A stretch of 64,000 bases of DNA, from positions 3,761 through 67,760 of IMG/VR virus record IMGVR_UViG_3300029994_000005; one strand, written 5' to 3'. This DNA comes from a virus. Of the stretch, positions 37,468-47,077 are shown in pieces. Numbering within the stretch: position 1 is the stretch's first letter; every line of letters starts with the position of its first letter. The notes below the pieces were generated by a model. The model searched no databases. It saw only the letters and a program-made list of their open reading frames with translations, and had not been told where the DNA came from. The position numbers were made by a program, and so were the translations under genes.

Positions 37468-38154
37468 CTAATACTCTTTGGTCATTAGTTCTAATTCAGC
37501 CGAGTAAATGTTTGAGCGAAGAAGCTCGACGAAGAATACACTCTGGTGTGACTCAATCTCAAAACCCTTCTTGATGTATTTAGTGAGGCGACGAATGCTA
37601 ACCCCACGTGGAACGGGATTGAAGCAGATCTTCTTCTGAGTGCAGTCTTCCATAGAGCCTGCAACTACATAAAGAACACCTAGATTGGGATCGATCGCCA
37701 TGGAGCAAGCGCGAATGTCAAAACGAGAGATAAGGTGGGCAGGCGAAGTGTGCTCTACTCCGTAGATCAAGTTTACTTTCTGTGAACCTAGATGACCGTA
37801 TGCGCACATAGGATTAGTAAAGTCAAAGTGTGCGGCATTAAGTTTAGCAAACTCCTGAGCAAGTTCTTTGGTCTGGAAGTATAGATCGATATCGTCGTAC
37901 GTGAGTATGAGTCCAGCTAGCTGTTTAGCAACGATGCTCATTACGTATGAACCAGAGATAAGTGTGCCAAACGGAAACTTAACTCCGGTGTTTATGTTTA
38001 TAGAACCTTTGCGCACTTCTACGTTAGCATCGTAGTCATCCATCAGAAGAGCGCTGCCGAGATGTGACAGTTGCTCTTTATATAGAGCTTCACCCTTTTT
38101 GATATCTTGAACAAGAGGAATAAAGAACTTAGGGTTGATTAAGAAATCGCTCAT
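37468..38154 (-). CDS. Hypothetical protein
   Basis: 228-aa ORF with a weak GS...DIDL nucleotidyltransferase-like pattern. It is not assigned. Confidence 0.5.
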   Translation of the reverse strand: MSDFLINPKFFIPLVQDIKKGEALYKEQLSHLGSALLMDDYDANVEVRKGSININTGVKFPFGTLISGSYVMSIVAKQLAGLILTYDDIDLYFQTKELAQEFAKLNAAHFDFTNPMCAYGHLGSQKVNLIYGVEHTSPAHLISRFDIRACSMAIDPNLGVLYVVAGSMEDCTQKKICFNPVPRGVSIRRLTKYIKKGFEIESHQSVFFVELLRSNIYSAELELMTKEY

Positions 38155-38685
38155 GCTTTCTCCAGATATTGAATAGCTCTGATAAGAGTGTTTATATTCT
38201 CTTTAGAGTTGCCAATCATCACGTTGCAATTGAAACATAAAAGCCCTCTCACTTTACCTGTCGTATGACAATGATCAACATGGAACCTAGAACTAAACTC
38301 TGATGCATATCTTTCACAGACTCCGCATTTGTTGTCTTGAGAATGAAGCAATAGTTCATAGGCCATGATAGCTTCTTTAGGAGATAATTCTGGCCAATAC
38401 TTAGTTAAGTGGTGACCTTTATTGTTTCTTTTTTTCTTGTACGGTATTTAAAGATTTCCAATTTGCTTTTAACTTAGAAATAAACTCTGGATTATTTTCA
38501 CGATAGTTTTTCGAAGTTTGACAAGTGCATTCGCGACATGAAGGCTCTAAACCATCTTTTGCTTTTTTCTTTTTATTAAAAAGCTTTAAAGGTTTAGGTG
38601 TTTTGCACTTTGTACAAACTTTATTTTTCACTATCATGCTCCCACAAAGTCTCCTCAATGTTCGCGTGCCACACACCGTATCCAT
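38151..38685 (-). pseudogene. Endonuclease-VII-like HNH endonuclease split into two ORFs (38419..38685 with the Zn ribbon and 38151..38366 with the HNH core) by a -1 shift at an A7 tract
   Basis: The upstream piece has CTKC...CRECTC. The downstream piece has HVDHCHTTGKVRGLLCFNCN. The two join into a full-length paralog of 13837 and 56382 if one base is slipped in GAAAAAAAG (plus 38428-38436). Confidence 0.6.
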
Positions 38686-39109
38686 AACGCTTCTTGGTGA
38701 GACGCTTCATCATCTGACCAGTGCGATTAAACAAGTGTTGGAACACAAACGTGGATTCCTTGACAGAGCGACCTTCTTTAGTACGGTAGTTAGGATTGTA
38801 ATTGTAGAGTGCAATACAAACTTCCGTGCGAAGATGCTGGCGAATATCATTCAAGGACATACCAGTGTTTCCAAGGGAATTATCCCCTTGACCTTTCTTG
38901 GTGTTCGCCTCGTTCCAGTTCTTAGCAACGTTATCGCGGATATACTTTTCGACCATAGGCTCGTACTTAAGAATGTCTTCGTTTGTCAAGGTGCGGTCAT
39001 ACTTGTTAAAGTTCTTAACCGGCTTCTCGTCATTTTCTTCTTCAGACTCTTCGACTTCTACCCCGAGGTCAATGAGCGTCTCTTCGGTATCAGAATTATC
39101 GTTGTTCAC
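38621..39109 (-). CDS. Hypothetical acidic protein
   Basis: 162-aa ORF. Confidence 0.5.
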   Translation of the reverse strand: MNNDNSDTEETLIDLGVEVEESEEENDEKPVKNFNKYDRTLTNEDILKYEPMVEKYIRDNVAKNWNEANTKKGQGDNSLGNTGMSLNDIRQHLRTEVCIALYNYNPNYRTKEGRSVKESTFVFQHLFNRTGQMMKRLTKKRYGYGVWHANIEETLWEHDSEK

Positions 39110-39599
39110 TATATTTCTCCTCCATAGCTGTTAGTAGCGCGATTGCATTGTCCACGTGTGCTTTGCTACCGATATCGGCACGCATGTCGTCGTCTGAGAA
39201 CGAACGCAAGTATTTATACACAAGTACCAGAGTATCGTTGAACTCTGTTGTGTTTGGCATACCTCTGTAGGTCCAGCGGTATAGTTTAGATTGACGCGGG
39301 TTCTTCATTCCAATGTTCTTCTCAATGAACCGACCGATAGAAGATCGGACGACTTCCATGGCCTCTTGAGCGATTTTGTCGGCATCTACGAGAAATTCTT
39401 TCGTGCCCAGATCGAATACCTCTGCGAAACGGTCCGTGACTATCTCATTGATTACATTGCCTTCTTCGGCAACCGGACGCCACGGATGAACAGGTTCATG
39501 GACGTTAAGATCAATACTATCTCCATCCGATGAGAATGTCAATCTAAATACTGGACGAGAACGATCAAATGTTTCTGCAACTTCTAATAACTCTTTCAC
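39096..39599 (-). CDS. Hypothetical protein
   Basis: 167-aa ORF. Confidence 0.5.
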   Translation of the reverse strand: MKELLEVAETFDRSRPVFRLTFSSDGDSIDLNVHEPVHPWRPVAEEGNVINEIVTDRFAEVFDLGTKEFLVDADKIAQEAMEVVRSSIGRFIEKNIGMKNPRQSKLYRWTYRGMPNTTEFNDTLVLVYKYLRSFSDDDMRADIGSKAHVDNAIALLTAMEEKYSEQR

Positions 39600-40333
39600 T
39601 TAATCTCCTCCATAGAATAGATTGGGTCACCTTTGTGAGTCATAACTTTAAGGCGGCAGAAGTTTGCATAGGCACGTGCGTCTCCGTCTTGGATGTAACC
39701 GCGGATCCAGCTACCCACTTTATTTGCTAACTCTGTATCCTTGATCTTCCACTCATTGTCTTTGAAGAGTTGTTTCAGACGGCGAGATAAATATGTGCGC
39801 TTCTTATATGTAGAGCGAGTCTTCATTCCGTCTTTACAGTTGCCGAGCAACTCCATGATGTCGTTGCAGCGGTTAATGCTGTCAGTATATAGGCTCATGT
39901 TGGAGACCATGTCGCATCCCTCTTTCCCCAGCAGACCCTCGAGCACCTTCTCGTCCATAGTTGTTGCCAACTTAACGAGTGTGATCTTACCGCCACGGAT
40001 CTCTTTTTTCTCGAAATCCAACTCAATTCCTTCGCCGTAAGTTTCTATTTCGAAATTGAATAGGTTGGTTATCGCAGAACGATTGCTATAGCTCATGTAG
40101 ATCTTAGCTTCGTGTGCGAGAATGTTAACTACACGGTCAACAGTAAGATTGAGGCTGCATGAGCTTTCCAGGAACTTACAAAAGAGATCGAATGTAATCT
40201 CTACTTGATCTGGTAAAGCAGCTAGAACATCGTTAAGCTGCGAATCCATTGGCTCGGTCGCTTGCGAGATCCAATCTAACTCTTCGAACTTCTTATCGTC
40301 AAATACACCCATATAAGTTCTCCCTACAATCAA
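39596..40333 (-). CDS. Hypothetical protein
   Basis: 245-aa ORF. Confidence 0.5.
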   Translation of the reverse strand: MIVGRTYMGVFDDKKFEELDWISQATEPMDSQLNDVLAALPDQVEITFDLFCKFLESSCSLNLTVDRVVNILAHEAKIYMSYSNRSAITNLFNFEIETYGEGIELDFEKKEIRGGKITLVKLATTMDEKVLEGLLGKEGCDMVSNMSLYTDSINRCNDIMELLGNCKDGMKTRSTYKKRTYLSRRLKQLFKDNEWKIKDTELANKVGSWIRGYIQDGDARAYANFCRLKVMTHKGDPIYSMEEIK

Positions 40334-40347
40334 TTATTGGATCGGAT

Positions 40348-40530
40348 TTACTTACAGTAGTTGGGATCGTCCGTGTATTCTGCTGCACCCCAAGTTTTAG
40401 AGGAGATGCAACCTAGATCAAATAGAAACTCGACGAGTAGCATAAACGCTGCCTCGTCGAGTGCTTCTTCATACTGAACGCCGTCATCTTCGGCGTACCC
40501 GGGAGGGTATCTATCACTTAGTTGGGACAT
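40348..40530 (-). CDS. Small hypothetical protein, taken from the distal part of the 40348..40716 ORF
   Basis: Start at the internal Met MSQLSDRYPPGY. The longer reading overlaps 40514..40801 in another frame. Confidence 0.35.
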   Translation of the reverse strand: MSQLSDRYPPGYAEDDGVQYEEALDEAAFMLLVEFLFDLGCISSKTWGAAEYTDDPNYCK

Positions 40531-40801
40531 TGAAGCCAGCCGCTTCAGCGGCTTTAATGGATAGATCGCCGCGCGCCTCGTCTGTGCGACGAGTGCGAAC
40601 GTAAGAGATATGGTCGAAGGTAACAAACTTGCCGTCAGGAACGACGATCTTGTAAACTGTTCCTTCTTCGTCTTGGAAGAATCCGTCAATGCCAACTTCA
40701 GCTTTGACTTCTTCAATAGCCAACTTTAAGTTCTCATAGAACTTCTTAACTTCAGCCTTTTGTTTCTCAAGAGCAACGAACTTCTTTTGTGCTTCGGTCA
40801 T
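40514..40801 (-). CDS. Hypothetical protein
   Basis: 95-aa ORF with RBS ggaggcactATG. Confidence 0.5.
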   Translation of the reverse strand: MTEAQKKFVALEKQKAEVKKFYENLKLAIEEVKAEVGIDGFFQDEEGTVYKIVVPDGKFVTFDHISYVRTRRTDEARGDLSIKAAEAAGFNVPTK

Positions 40802-40818
40802 AGTGCCTCCACTAAATG

Positions 40819-41301
40819 TTACTTACGCAAACGTTTTACTTTCTTAATCGGCAGGCGCTTCTTCTTGGCCTTGCCGACCGAAGTAGCTTTCAACTGAACT
40901 GCCTTAATGTCTTCTTCCCAGCAGTCTTCGTCTTTTTCTTGCTTCTCAACAAGTTCTTCCATGTTAACGCCAGCGAGCATACGCTCGAGTGCTGTATCCA
41001 GATACAACTGATCGGGCATTTGTTCACGAATCTGTTGAATCAGATTTGCAAAGACTTTGTGTGCGCTAGCCGCGCCACGGATAATAACTGAGCATTCTTT
41101 TTGTTCAGGCTCACGTCCATTTGACGAGTTAGCCTGAGTCTGCTCAGGGATATAGATAACAGTGATCTGGAAGTACTTATCAACGACGGTGCGATAGCGA
41201 CCGCTAGTCGAACGTACTTCATGGTGTTGAACTTGTTCATCCATAGTGATATGGCTGATCTTGTGGGCCAGGATATATTGGTTCTGAGTAACGATTACCA
41301 T
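40819..41301 (-). CDS. Hypothetical protein with a basic C-terminus
   Basis: 160-aa ORF. Confidence 0.5.
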   Translation of the reverse strand: MVIVTQNQYILAHKISHITMDEQVQHHEVRSTSGRYRTVVDKYFQITVIYIPEQTQANSSNGREPEQKECSVIIRGAASAHKVFANLIQQIREQMPDQLYLDTALERMLAGVNMEELVEKQEKDEDCWEEDIKAVQLKATSVGKAKKKRLPIKKVKRLRK

Positions 41302-41631
41302 TTACTTACCTTTCAAGACTACATCTTCGAATGCAGTATCGATATATTTATCGTCATACTTTTGTACCTGAGCGATCACAGACTTTGCAAGCTTGGCGAG
41401 TGTAGCGTGATCACTGTGGCTACATTTCCATAGCCGAGCCCCGCGATCCTCAGTAGTCCTATACTTAATTTGTAATTCGTAGTAAGGCTTTTCTATAGTC
41501 TTGTACTGAGGAAATAAGCCAAGAAAGTCAGAAGTCTTTAGGACCTTTTCTTTCTCTGTAGCTGTAATGATCATGCAAGATTGCATCTTGTCCATCTGGA
41601 GCATGGTGGTCTCGTTGATGACAATTGTCAT
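41302..41631 (-). CDS. Hypothetical protein
   Basis: 109-aa ORF. Confidence 0.5.
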   Translation of the reverse strand: MTIVINETTMLQMDKMQSCMIITATEKEKVLKTSDFLGLFPQYKTIEKPYYELQIKYRTTEDRGARLWKCSHSDHATLAKLAKSVIAQVQKYDDKYIDTAFEDVVLKGK

Positions 41632-41640
41632 GCTTACTCC

Positions 41641-42162
41641 TTAGTGAGTGGTTCCGCTACCGTCGTCTTTGCCACCCTTATGAACAGTAAACTTACCCAC
41701 GACGCTAGATTTAGAAGGCGGAGTAGGTACTGAAGGCTTAGGTGCAACAAGTACCATTTCAGCCATGAAGTCAGACAGGAACATCTCAGTGACTACGCCA
41801 GCTGGATCCATAGTGGTAATCTTAGGATCATGTCCGTCTGCAAGAATGCTTTTGAGAAGATCGCTCTTCTCTTGTTCGATCTCTTTTATCGCAGAATTAA
41901 GAGAGTTCTTGTATTTACCGTCAAGACCGTTCTTCTGCGGTTGATCCAGTTGACCGATAAGGTCTAACTGCTCATTGGTCAAATCTTTGACACGCTTCAT
42001 TCGTTTCTCGATCTCAGAGCGAGTAACTTTCTTTGGCTCAGCTGGCTTACCGCTCTTATTTTTAACTGGGCGACTGCCGATATACATGATGGCCGCAACT
42101 ACGCCAGCTGCACCAGTTAATAATCCAAGGAAATAGAAAGTTAATGCAGTCACCATAGTCAT
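41641..42162 (-). CDS. N-terminally membrane-anchored protein
   Basis: 173 aa with an N-terminal hydrophobic segment ALTFYFLGLLTGAAGVVAAIMYI. Confidence 0.5.
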   Translation of the reverse strand: MTMVTALTFYFLGLLTGAAGVVAAIMYIGSRPVKNKSGKPAEPKKVTRSEIEKRMKRVKDLTNEQLDLIGQLDQPQKNGLDGKYKNSLNSAIKEIEQEKSDLLKSILADGHDPKITTMDPAGVVTEMFLSDFMAEMVLVAPKPSVPTPPSKSSVVGKFTVHKGGKDDGSGTTH

Positions 42163-42662
42163 TTGCTTCTCCCGCGCAATTTTAGATACTTCTTATGCTT
42201 GCTGACAACTAGGTTCTTCTTCACCGGTCCCAGTTGGTCGATGTATAGTTTACCGTTGAGGTGATCGACCTCGTGTTGAACCGCTGCAGCCGTAAACCCT
42301 TTATACTCCTGCGTTTGCTCTTCAAAGTTCTCATCAAGATACTTGAGTGTGAGGACTTGAGCTCGCTCTGTATCAGAGAAGGTTCCAGGAATAGATAGGC
42401 AACCTTCTTGGAATGGAAGCATCTCACCTATCGCAGTTATCTCAGGGTTGATATAGAGTTTAGATTCATCAGTCTCTAAGTTCTTCAAGATAAAGAATCG
42501 CTTAGAGATGCCTACTTGATTTGCTGCAAGACCTGCGCCTTCAGCCTCATTCATTGTGGTGATCATTTCTGGGACTAGGGACTTAACGTAATCTAACTCT
42601 TCACGAGTAACAGGCTCTGTGACCTTGCGTAGAACAGGGTCAGTCATCATTGCTATCTTCAT
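42159..42662 (-). CDS. def: Peptide deformylase
   Basis: Motifs GAGLAANQVG, EGCLSIPG and HEVDHLNGK. The start is placed at the internal Met, which has an AGGAGG RBS 6 nt upstream. The longer ORF to 42848 is rejected. Confidence 0.85.
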   Translation of the reverse strand: MKIAMMTDPVLRKVTEPVTREELDYVKSLVPEMITTMNEAEGAGLAANQVGISKRFFILKNLETDESKLYINPEITAIGEMLPFQEGCLSIPGTFSDTERAQVLTLKYLDENFEEQTQEYKGFTAAAVQHEVDHLNGKLYIDQLGPVKKNLVVSKHKKYLKLRGRSK

Positions 42663-42897
42663 CGCAAGCCTCCTGTTTATGTTTATCATCAGGCAGGGCA
42701 GGACCATAGTAGAAGATCGGGCTTCCACCAGCAATATACTTCTCCTGAGCTCCAGGAAGATGGATCTCCATGTATCCGCGGACAATGTTAAGAACTTCAC
42801 CCCACTGTAAATCGTGGTCGCAGCACATCTCCATGATGATGTCTTCAAGGTCTAGGGTGATGTCACCCATTGGACGAAGCTTCTTTTTCTTGGGCAT
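42640..42897 (-). CDS. Hypothetical protein
   Basis: 85-aa ORF. Confidence 0.45.
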   Translation of the reverse strand: MPKKKKLRPMGDITLDLEDIIMEMCCDHDLQWGEVLNIVRGYMEIHLPGAQEKYIAGGSPIFYYGPALPDDKHKQEACDEDSNDD

Positions 42898-43115
42898 TAG
42901 ACCCTCACGTAGCTGCTATCTTCAGAGATAACTTCGCCATCTTGCAACAGCTTAACAGTTACACGAAGACGATCTGAGCCGTGCTCTTTAACCTTCTCTA
43001 GGTTAACAGAGACTGAGAGTCCAGATTTTGGGGATGTAGGGATATTTTCTTGCTCTGCAGCTTGTGCGGGAGCAACGGATTCTTTCTTGCTTTTCTTTGC
43101 CATGCTTTTCTCCAA
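42897..43115 (-). CDS. Hypothetical protein
   Basis: 72-aa ORF. Confidence 0.45.
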   Translation of the reverse strand: MEKSMAKKSKKESVAPAQAAEQENIPTSPKSGLSVSVNLEKVKEHGSDRLRVTVKLLQDGEVISEDSSYVRV

Positions 43116-43130
43116 TATAGAAACTTATAC

Positions 43131-43505
43131 TTATTTCTTTAACAAAGCGTCCTCGAAAGCCTCATTGACTCTATTAGGAAAAGCCTTCATGATGGCCTCA
43201 TTCTGTTTTCGTTCTATTGTGATCGCTTCAGCGTTGTCTATTAAGTAGCGAATAGCATTTCTTAATCTTTTGATTTTTCGGTGTTTCCACGGGAAGATGG
43301 AGGTGTGAAAGTTGTCGCCACTAAGGTTAGCTATTTCCATAGCAATGGAGTTACGCTCAAAGTCTATCTTCACGTCATAGTAAGAACCTTTGCGGACCTT
43401 ATATTCGCGATATCCTCCGTAGAAACCTAAGTTATCTGCTCCTTTAGCTAAGTCAGATAACACTTCACCTAGAACAATAATGATTTTATCTTCTGCCCAC
43501 ACCAT
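43131..43505 (-). CDS. Hypothetical protein
   Basis: 124-aa ORF. Confidence 0.5.
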   Translation of the reverse strand: MVWAEDKIIIVLGEVLSDLAKGADNLGFYGGYREYKVRKGSYYDVKIDFERNSIAMEIANLSGDNFHTSIFPWKHRKIKRLRNAIRYLIDNAEAITIERKQNEAIMKAFPNRVNEAFEDALLKK

Positions 43506-43537
43506 GGAACCTCTCTTAAAATGAGATTATACTTGTG

Positions 43538-43611
43538 TGGCAAACCGCCCAGGAATCGAACCCGGTCTAAGAGGTTTGGAATCTCTTGTGCTACCGTTAC
43601 ACCAGCGGAAT
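43538..43611 (-). tRNA. tRNA-Trp (anticodon CCA), 74 nt, with an encoded CCA end
   Basis: Hand-folded cloverleaf. D arm GTGT/GCAC. Anticodon loop TTCCAAA. T arm CCGGG-TTCGATT-CCTGG. Two T:T mismatches fall in the acceptor stem. Confidence 0.5.
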
Positions 43612-43658
43612 GTGGTTATCTTTCTCTTCAACAATGTTAAATACTTCATCGACCATAA

Positions 43659-43808
43659 TCATCTTAGTTCCTCAAGAGCTATGCGCATGTCGGTTTCACG
43701 AGTGCGCACGTTGAGTTTATATAGTAAGCGCAATAGTTGAATTTTGATGCGATTCTGCTTCTCGTAAGCTCGCTTCTCTTTCCAGTAGTCAGACATTGCA
43801 TCGCTCAT
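43659..43808 (-). CDS. Small hypothetical protein (49 aa)
   Basis: Sequence MSDAMSDYWKEKRAYEKQNRIKIQLLRLLYKLNVRTRETDMRIALEELR. It is below the ORF-track threshold. Confidence 0.3.
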   Translation of the reverse strand: MSDAMSDYWKEKRAYEKQNRIKIQLLRLLYKLNVRTRETDMRIALEELR

Positions 43809-43815
43809 GGGGTGT

Positions 43816-44379
43816 TTATACTTTCTTGTATCCCGGAAGTTTCTTGCCTTTTACACGGCAGAGTTTGAGTGCCTTTTCGATGCTGGCACTAGAGAATGGA
43901 TTAGCGACGGATTTCATGTTCTTCCTGAGCATCTGTGCCCAGTAGAACTCTGCGAAAGGAATAGTAGACTTGTCGAAGCCACCCAACTCACGTACCATCC
44001 AAGCGAGTGAACGGTAAGGGTTATCAGACATACAGCGGATGTCAGCAGGCAGATCATACGGACTATGGGGACCTTTACCGAAGGCGTCATATAAGAAGAC
44101 ATACTTCATCTTCTTCATCTTTGCCCAGAATTTCTTCTTGCCCATCTTAGAGTAGTCGGCTTTTACTTCAACCACTACATGACGGTGGCCACATTCCCAC
44201 ATAGCTCTAACATAGTGATGGTGGTCGATTAGATACATCAATCCACCAGGTCCTACGATGACTGGAACTTTCTTCTCAGAGTTATGTTCTCCGCGTTTTA
44301 CCTTGGCGATCTTGTCATCAACATCTTTGAATCCTAGAGAGAACTGGGTAGGTTTTAGATCTAGAAGTAGTTTCTTCAT
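43816..44379 (-). CDS. ParB/Srx-like nuclease-domain protein
   Basis: N-terminal motif LLDLKPTQFSLG...VIVGPGG..YLIDHHH is like ParB N-terminal nuclease-domain motifs. Confidence 0.5.
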   Translation of the reverse strand: MKKLLLDLKPTQFSLGFKDVDDKIAKVKRGEHNSEKKVPVIVGPGGLMYLIDHHHYVRAMWECGHRHVVVEVKADYSKMGKKKFWAKMKKMKYVFLYDAFGKGPHSPYDLPADIRCMSDNPYRSLAWMVRELGGFDKSTIPFAEFYWAQMLRKNMKSVANPFSSASIEKALKLCRVKGKKLPGYKKV

Positions 44380-44639
44380 TACCAGCCTCTTTCGTATGCA
44401 AGACCACTTGCTGTTCTGATGTTAAGCTTGCGAAGCAGTGTCAACACTTTCATTTGATGGTATTCGTCCATAGAACCGACATAGCCTGGGCGCTCACCGT
44501 AGTAAGACCACCAACTATGATCTTCGTCATCCCAGTAATAGGGATACCAACAATCAGTCTCCTGCTCTACAATCTGTAGCCAGTACTCATTGTGCTCTGA
44601 TCTATTGTATTTATCTGTTCGATCACTGCGCCAGCTCAT
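44379..44639 (-). CDS. Hypothetical Trp/Tyr-rich protein
   Basis: 86-aa ORF. Confidence 0.45.
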   Translation of the reverse strand: MSWRSDRTDKYNRSEHNEYWLQIVEQETDCWYPYYWDDEDHSWWSYYGERPGYVGSMDEYHQMKVLTLLRKLNIRTASGLAYERGW

Positions 44640-44690
44640 CTAAGCATTATACAGTGAGAAAGGCCCCGGCTTGGAACCGGGGTCGGGAAC

Positions 44691-44924
44691 TTAGTACTTG
44701 AATACGTAGAACTCGTTATCGCTTGCTGCTGTCTTTTTAACGGCATACTGTGTGATCATGGGGGCTTCAGCTGTAATGTGAATGCTGTACCCTTCCTTTG
44801 CAACGATCTCAATATCAACAAGATCTGCTTTAGCTAGGTTCTCAACCAAGGGCACCGGCAAACAGACAGTGCGGGTTGCCAGATAACGAGAGCTTGAACG
44901 GGTCTTATATACGATGGTCGCCAT
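44691..44924 (-). CDS. Hypothetical protein
   Basis: 77-aa ORF. Confidence 0.45.
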   Translation of the reverse strand: MATIVYKTRSSSRYLATRTVCLPVPLVENLAKADLVDIEIVAKEGYSIHITAEAPMITQYAVKKTAASDNEFYVFKY

Positions 44925-44925
44925 A

Positions 44926-46353
44926 TTACACCTTTACAGGATAAGCACGAGCACGCACTTGATCCAGAGTTGATTGGTTAGTCAACACACCGTTCAAGAA
45001 GACCTGCTCAAGCAGTCCACCTTTTTCGTCAGCAGCAGATACTTGATCTGTTGTGACGTAACGACCGTTGATGAAATCAAGACGCATTCTACCCTTGTGC
45101 GATTTCTTGCCCGAGTCAGTAATAGGGTCCTTAACGATGTCGCGCTCTTCTCCATTAACTTCTACGTAAGTGGTCTTAACAGCGAAGCCTTGGTCGTCAC
45201 GGCTGTGCGATTGCAACAGCAATCCACCAACACCGATAACGAGATTAGAAGACGCAAATCCCATGCCCTTTAGACGCGCGAGGATGCACTCGTAACGGTC
45301 AAAATACATTCCGTCGCCGTAGATCAGGCCTACTTTAGGATTCAATTCTTGGAAGCCTAATGCGTTCGTTGTCGTACCGAACTGGCGAGCCAACAGACGC
45401 ATAGCACCGAGGTTCTCAGCAGAACCAGCAGGAGCAGACGGGTTTCCACAGATGATGAGCTCTGGGTCACCAGAGTCCGGGCGGAATACCACTTTGCCGT
45501 CACGAGCCATGATGCGCTTGTAAAGTACCTGAGTGAAGTTCTCAAGAACATTCCACAGGTTATAGGTATCAGACACGATAGAGACGATGCCGGTAGGGTA
45601 AGTGTTGAGCATGTGCTCAAACGCCTTCAACTCATGTTCCTGACCGTACGAACACATAACTGAGTGCTCAGATGCAGGGACAGAAGCACCGATAAGGCCA
45701 GTCGCAGCGTAGTTCTCCATCAAGAACTTAACAGCCGGAACGGTATCTGTTCCACGGAAGTTGATCAAGTGAGCAGCACCAGAGATAGCCGCAGTCTCCT
45801 CAGACGAGCAACCACGGTATCCGAAGTCATGGACAGCCCAATCGCAGTGGAGACGGTTGCCTACAGTTTCATCCGCGTATGTGTCTACAAGGTTACGCAA
45901 CTTCATAGAGTACGAACCAACAGTTGTCGGGTTCCATACTTTAAGAACGAGCGACTCAAAGAAGCCAACTGTCCAAGCGAAGTCAGGATGAGTATTGGTC
46001 ATCGTGAGAAGAACGTTCTTAACGGGCAGAACAGTTCCTTCTGGAACAGCTTTGATCTCCAAGGGGATATAACCAAGGTCTGCCAATGCGTGCATCTTTT
46101 CAAAGATGTGGCGCGGGGTAGGTCCGAGAATCGATTCACGTACCTGCAAGAACTCGTTCACCATTGGGTGAGTGATCTTCTGTGCCAAGTAGTTCTTCAA
46201 GATAGGCTGAAGCCCATTGAAGAGCGTGAACGGAATCTTCTTGTCGGAGCGAGCAACGAGATAGGCGTAGGCCTTAGTGATCCCCTCTGGGAACTGCTCC
46301 ATGTGCCCCATCTTATATACGTCAGTGCAAAGTAATACGTTATCGTTAATCAT
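44926..46353 (-). CDS. Nicotinamide phosphoribosyltransferase (NAMPT/NadV) family
   Basis: 475 aa. The N-terminus NVLLCTDVYKMGHMEQFPEG matches the NAMPT signature NILLxTDSYKxxHxxQYP. The size is typical for NadV. Confidence 0.8.
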   Translation of the reverse strand: MINDNVLLCTDVYKMGHMEQFPEGITKAYAYLVARSDKKIPFTLFNGLQPILKNYLAQKITHPMVNEFLQVRESILGPTPRHIFEKMHALADLGYIPLEIKAVPEGTVLPVKNVLLTMTNTHPDFAWTVGFFESLVLKVWNPTTVGSYSMKLRNLVDTYADETVGNRLHCDWAVHDFGYRGCSSEETAAISGAAHLINFRGTDTVPAVKFLMENYAATGLIGASVPASEHSVMCSYGQEHELKAFEHMLNTYPTGIVSIVSDTYNLWNVLENFTQVLYKRIMARDGKVVFRPDSGDPELIICGNPSAPAGSAENLGAMRLLARQFGTTTNALGFQELNPKVGLIYGDGMYFDRYECILARLKGMGFASSNLVIGVGGLLLQSHSRDDQGFAVKTTYVEVNGEERDIVKDPITDSGKKSHKGRMRLDFINGRYVTTDQVSAADEKGGLLEQVFLNGVLTNQSTLDQVRARAYPVKV

Positions 46354-46361
46354 GTTTCTCC

Positions 46362-46604
46362 TTAAAAGTTAAATGTAGCTGTTACGTAGAAGCGGACTTC
46401 GCCCTCGTCTTCTTCTACTGAGTAGTCGAACGTTGTACCATCATCAAAATGTTCTGCGAGAGCATCAACCTTAGCCTGCGCAAGAGTGTGCTCCACAGAC
46501 ATATCAACCCCTGGGATCTTCTTCACAACGTGAATTGGTTTCTTCTTCTTAGGGTCGATGGTATCGCTCACGCTTCCACCATATCTGGATCGCAGACGAT
46601 CCAA
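46362..46604 (-). CDS. Hypothetical protein
   Basis: 80-aa ORF. Confidence 0.45.
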   Translation of the reverse strand: MDRLRSRYGGSVSDTIDPKKKKPIHVVKKIPGVDMSVEHTLAQAKVDALAEHFDDGTTFDYSVEEDEGEVRFYVTATFNF

Positions 46605-47077
46605 TTGATTCTTGGATAATCTTTTAAGAGGATTTCAAGGATAAGTTCTGAGTCTTTCCAAGGTACAGCGAACAGACCAGAGTTAAACTTATTAGAGTAG
46701 ACGTCGATCTGTGGGTACGTGTCGCTTGGGTGGGCGAGATAGATCTTACGTAAGAGATCACGGAGAGCTAGAGTTGTATTGATCTTGATCTCTTCTACGC
46801 CGTCTTTCTTAGGTCCGTAGTCATGAGATGTAACGATCCAGCCGACCCAGTGAGCTTCGGATTCAGGGAACGATGATAGACCAGCAAGACCTACAGCCGT
46901 TCCACGCTGCATGTTAGCAGACTCGCAGAACATCTTGTAGTCGAGAAAGCTCTGAAGATACTTCTCTTTGAAAGGCTTGGCAATGCCAGAACCCCAGACA
47001 CCCTGCGAGTTGCAGGCATGAATGATTACACTCTCACGAGGAGCGTCAAAGAGACTCATCTTCTTGTGGGTTACCAT
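46568..47077 (-). CDS. Macro-domain protein (ADP-ribose binding or processing)
   Basis: N-terminal motif VIIHACNSQGVWGSGIAKPF resembles the macro-domain signature (NAANxxLxxGGGV). Confidence 0.7.
   Translation of the reverse strand: MVTHKKMSLFDAPRESVIIHACNSQGVWGSGIAKPFKEKYLQSFLDYKMFCESANMQRGTAVGLAGLSSFPESEAHWVGWIVTSHDYGPKKDGVEEIKINTTLALRDLLRKIYLAHPSDTYPQIDVYSNKFNSGLFAVPWKDSELILEILLKDYPRINWIVCDPDMVEA

Noticed and set aside
40348-40716. Full 122-aa reading of the minus ORF overlapping 40514-40801
   Set aside because: The upstream 60 aa overlap a better-supported ORF in another frame. Only the distal part, from the internal Met, is kept as a tentative small gene.
42663-42848. N-terminal extension of the peptide deformylase ORF (the 229-aa reading)
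   Set aside because: The internal Met has a perfect AGGAGG RBS and gives a canonical-length deformylase of about 167 aa. The extension is hydrophobic junk and overlaps the upstream gene.
43537-43740. Plus-strand 67-aa ORF overlapping the tRNA-Trp-like gene
   Set aside because: It overlaps a structured tRNA on the other strand and has no RBS. A short minus-strand ORF (43659-43808) fits the local gene orientation better.
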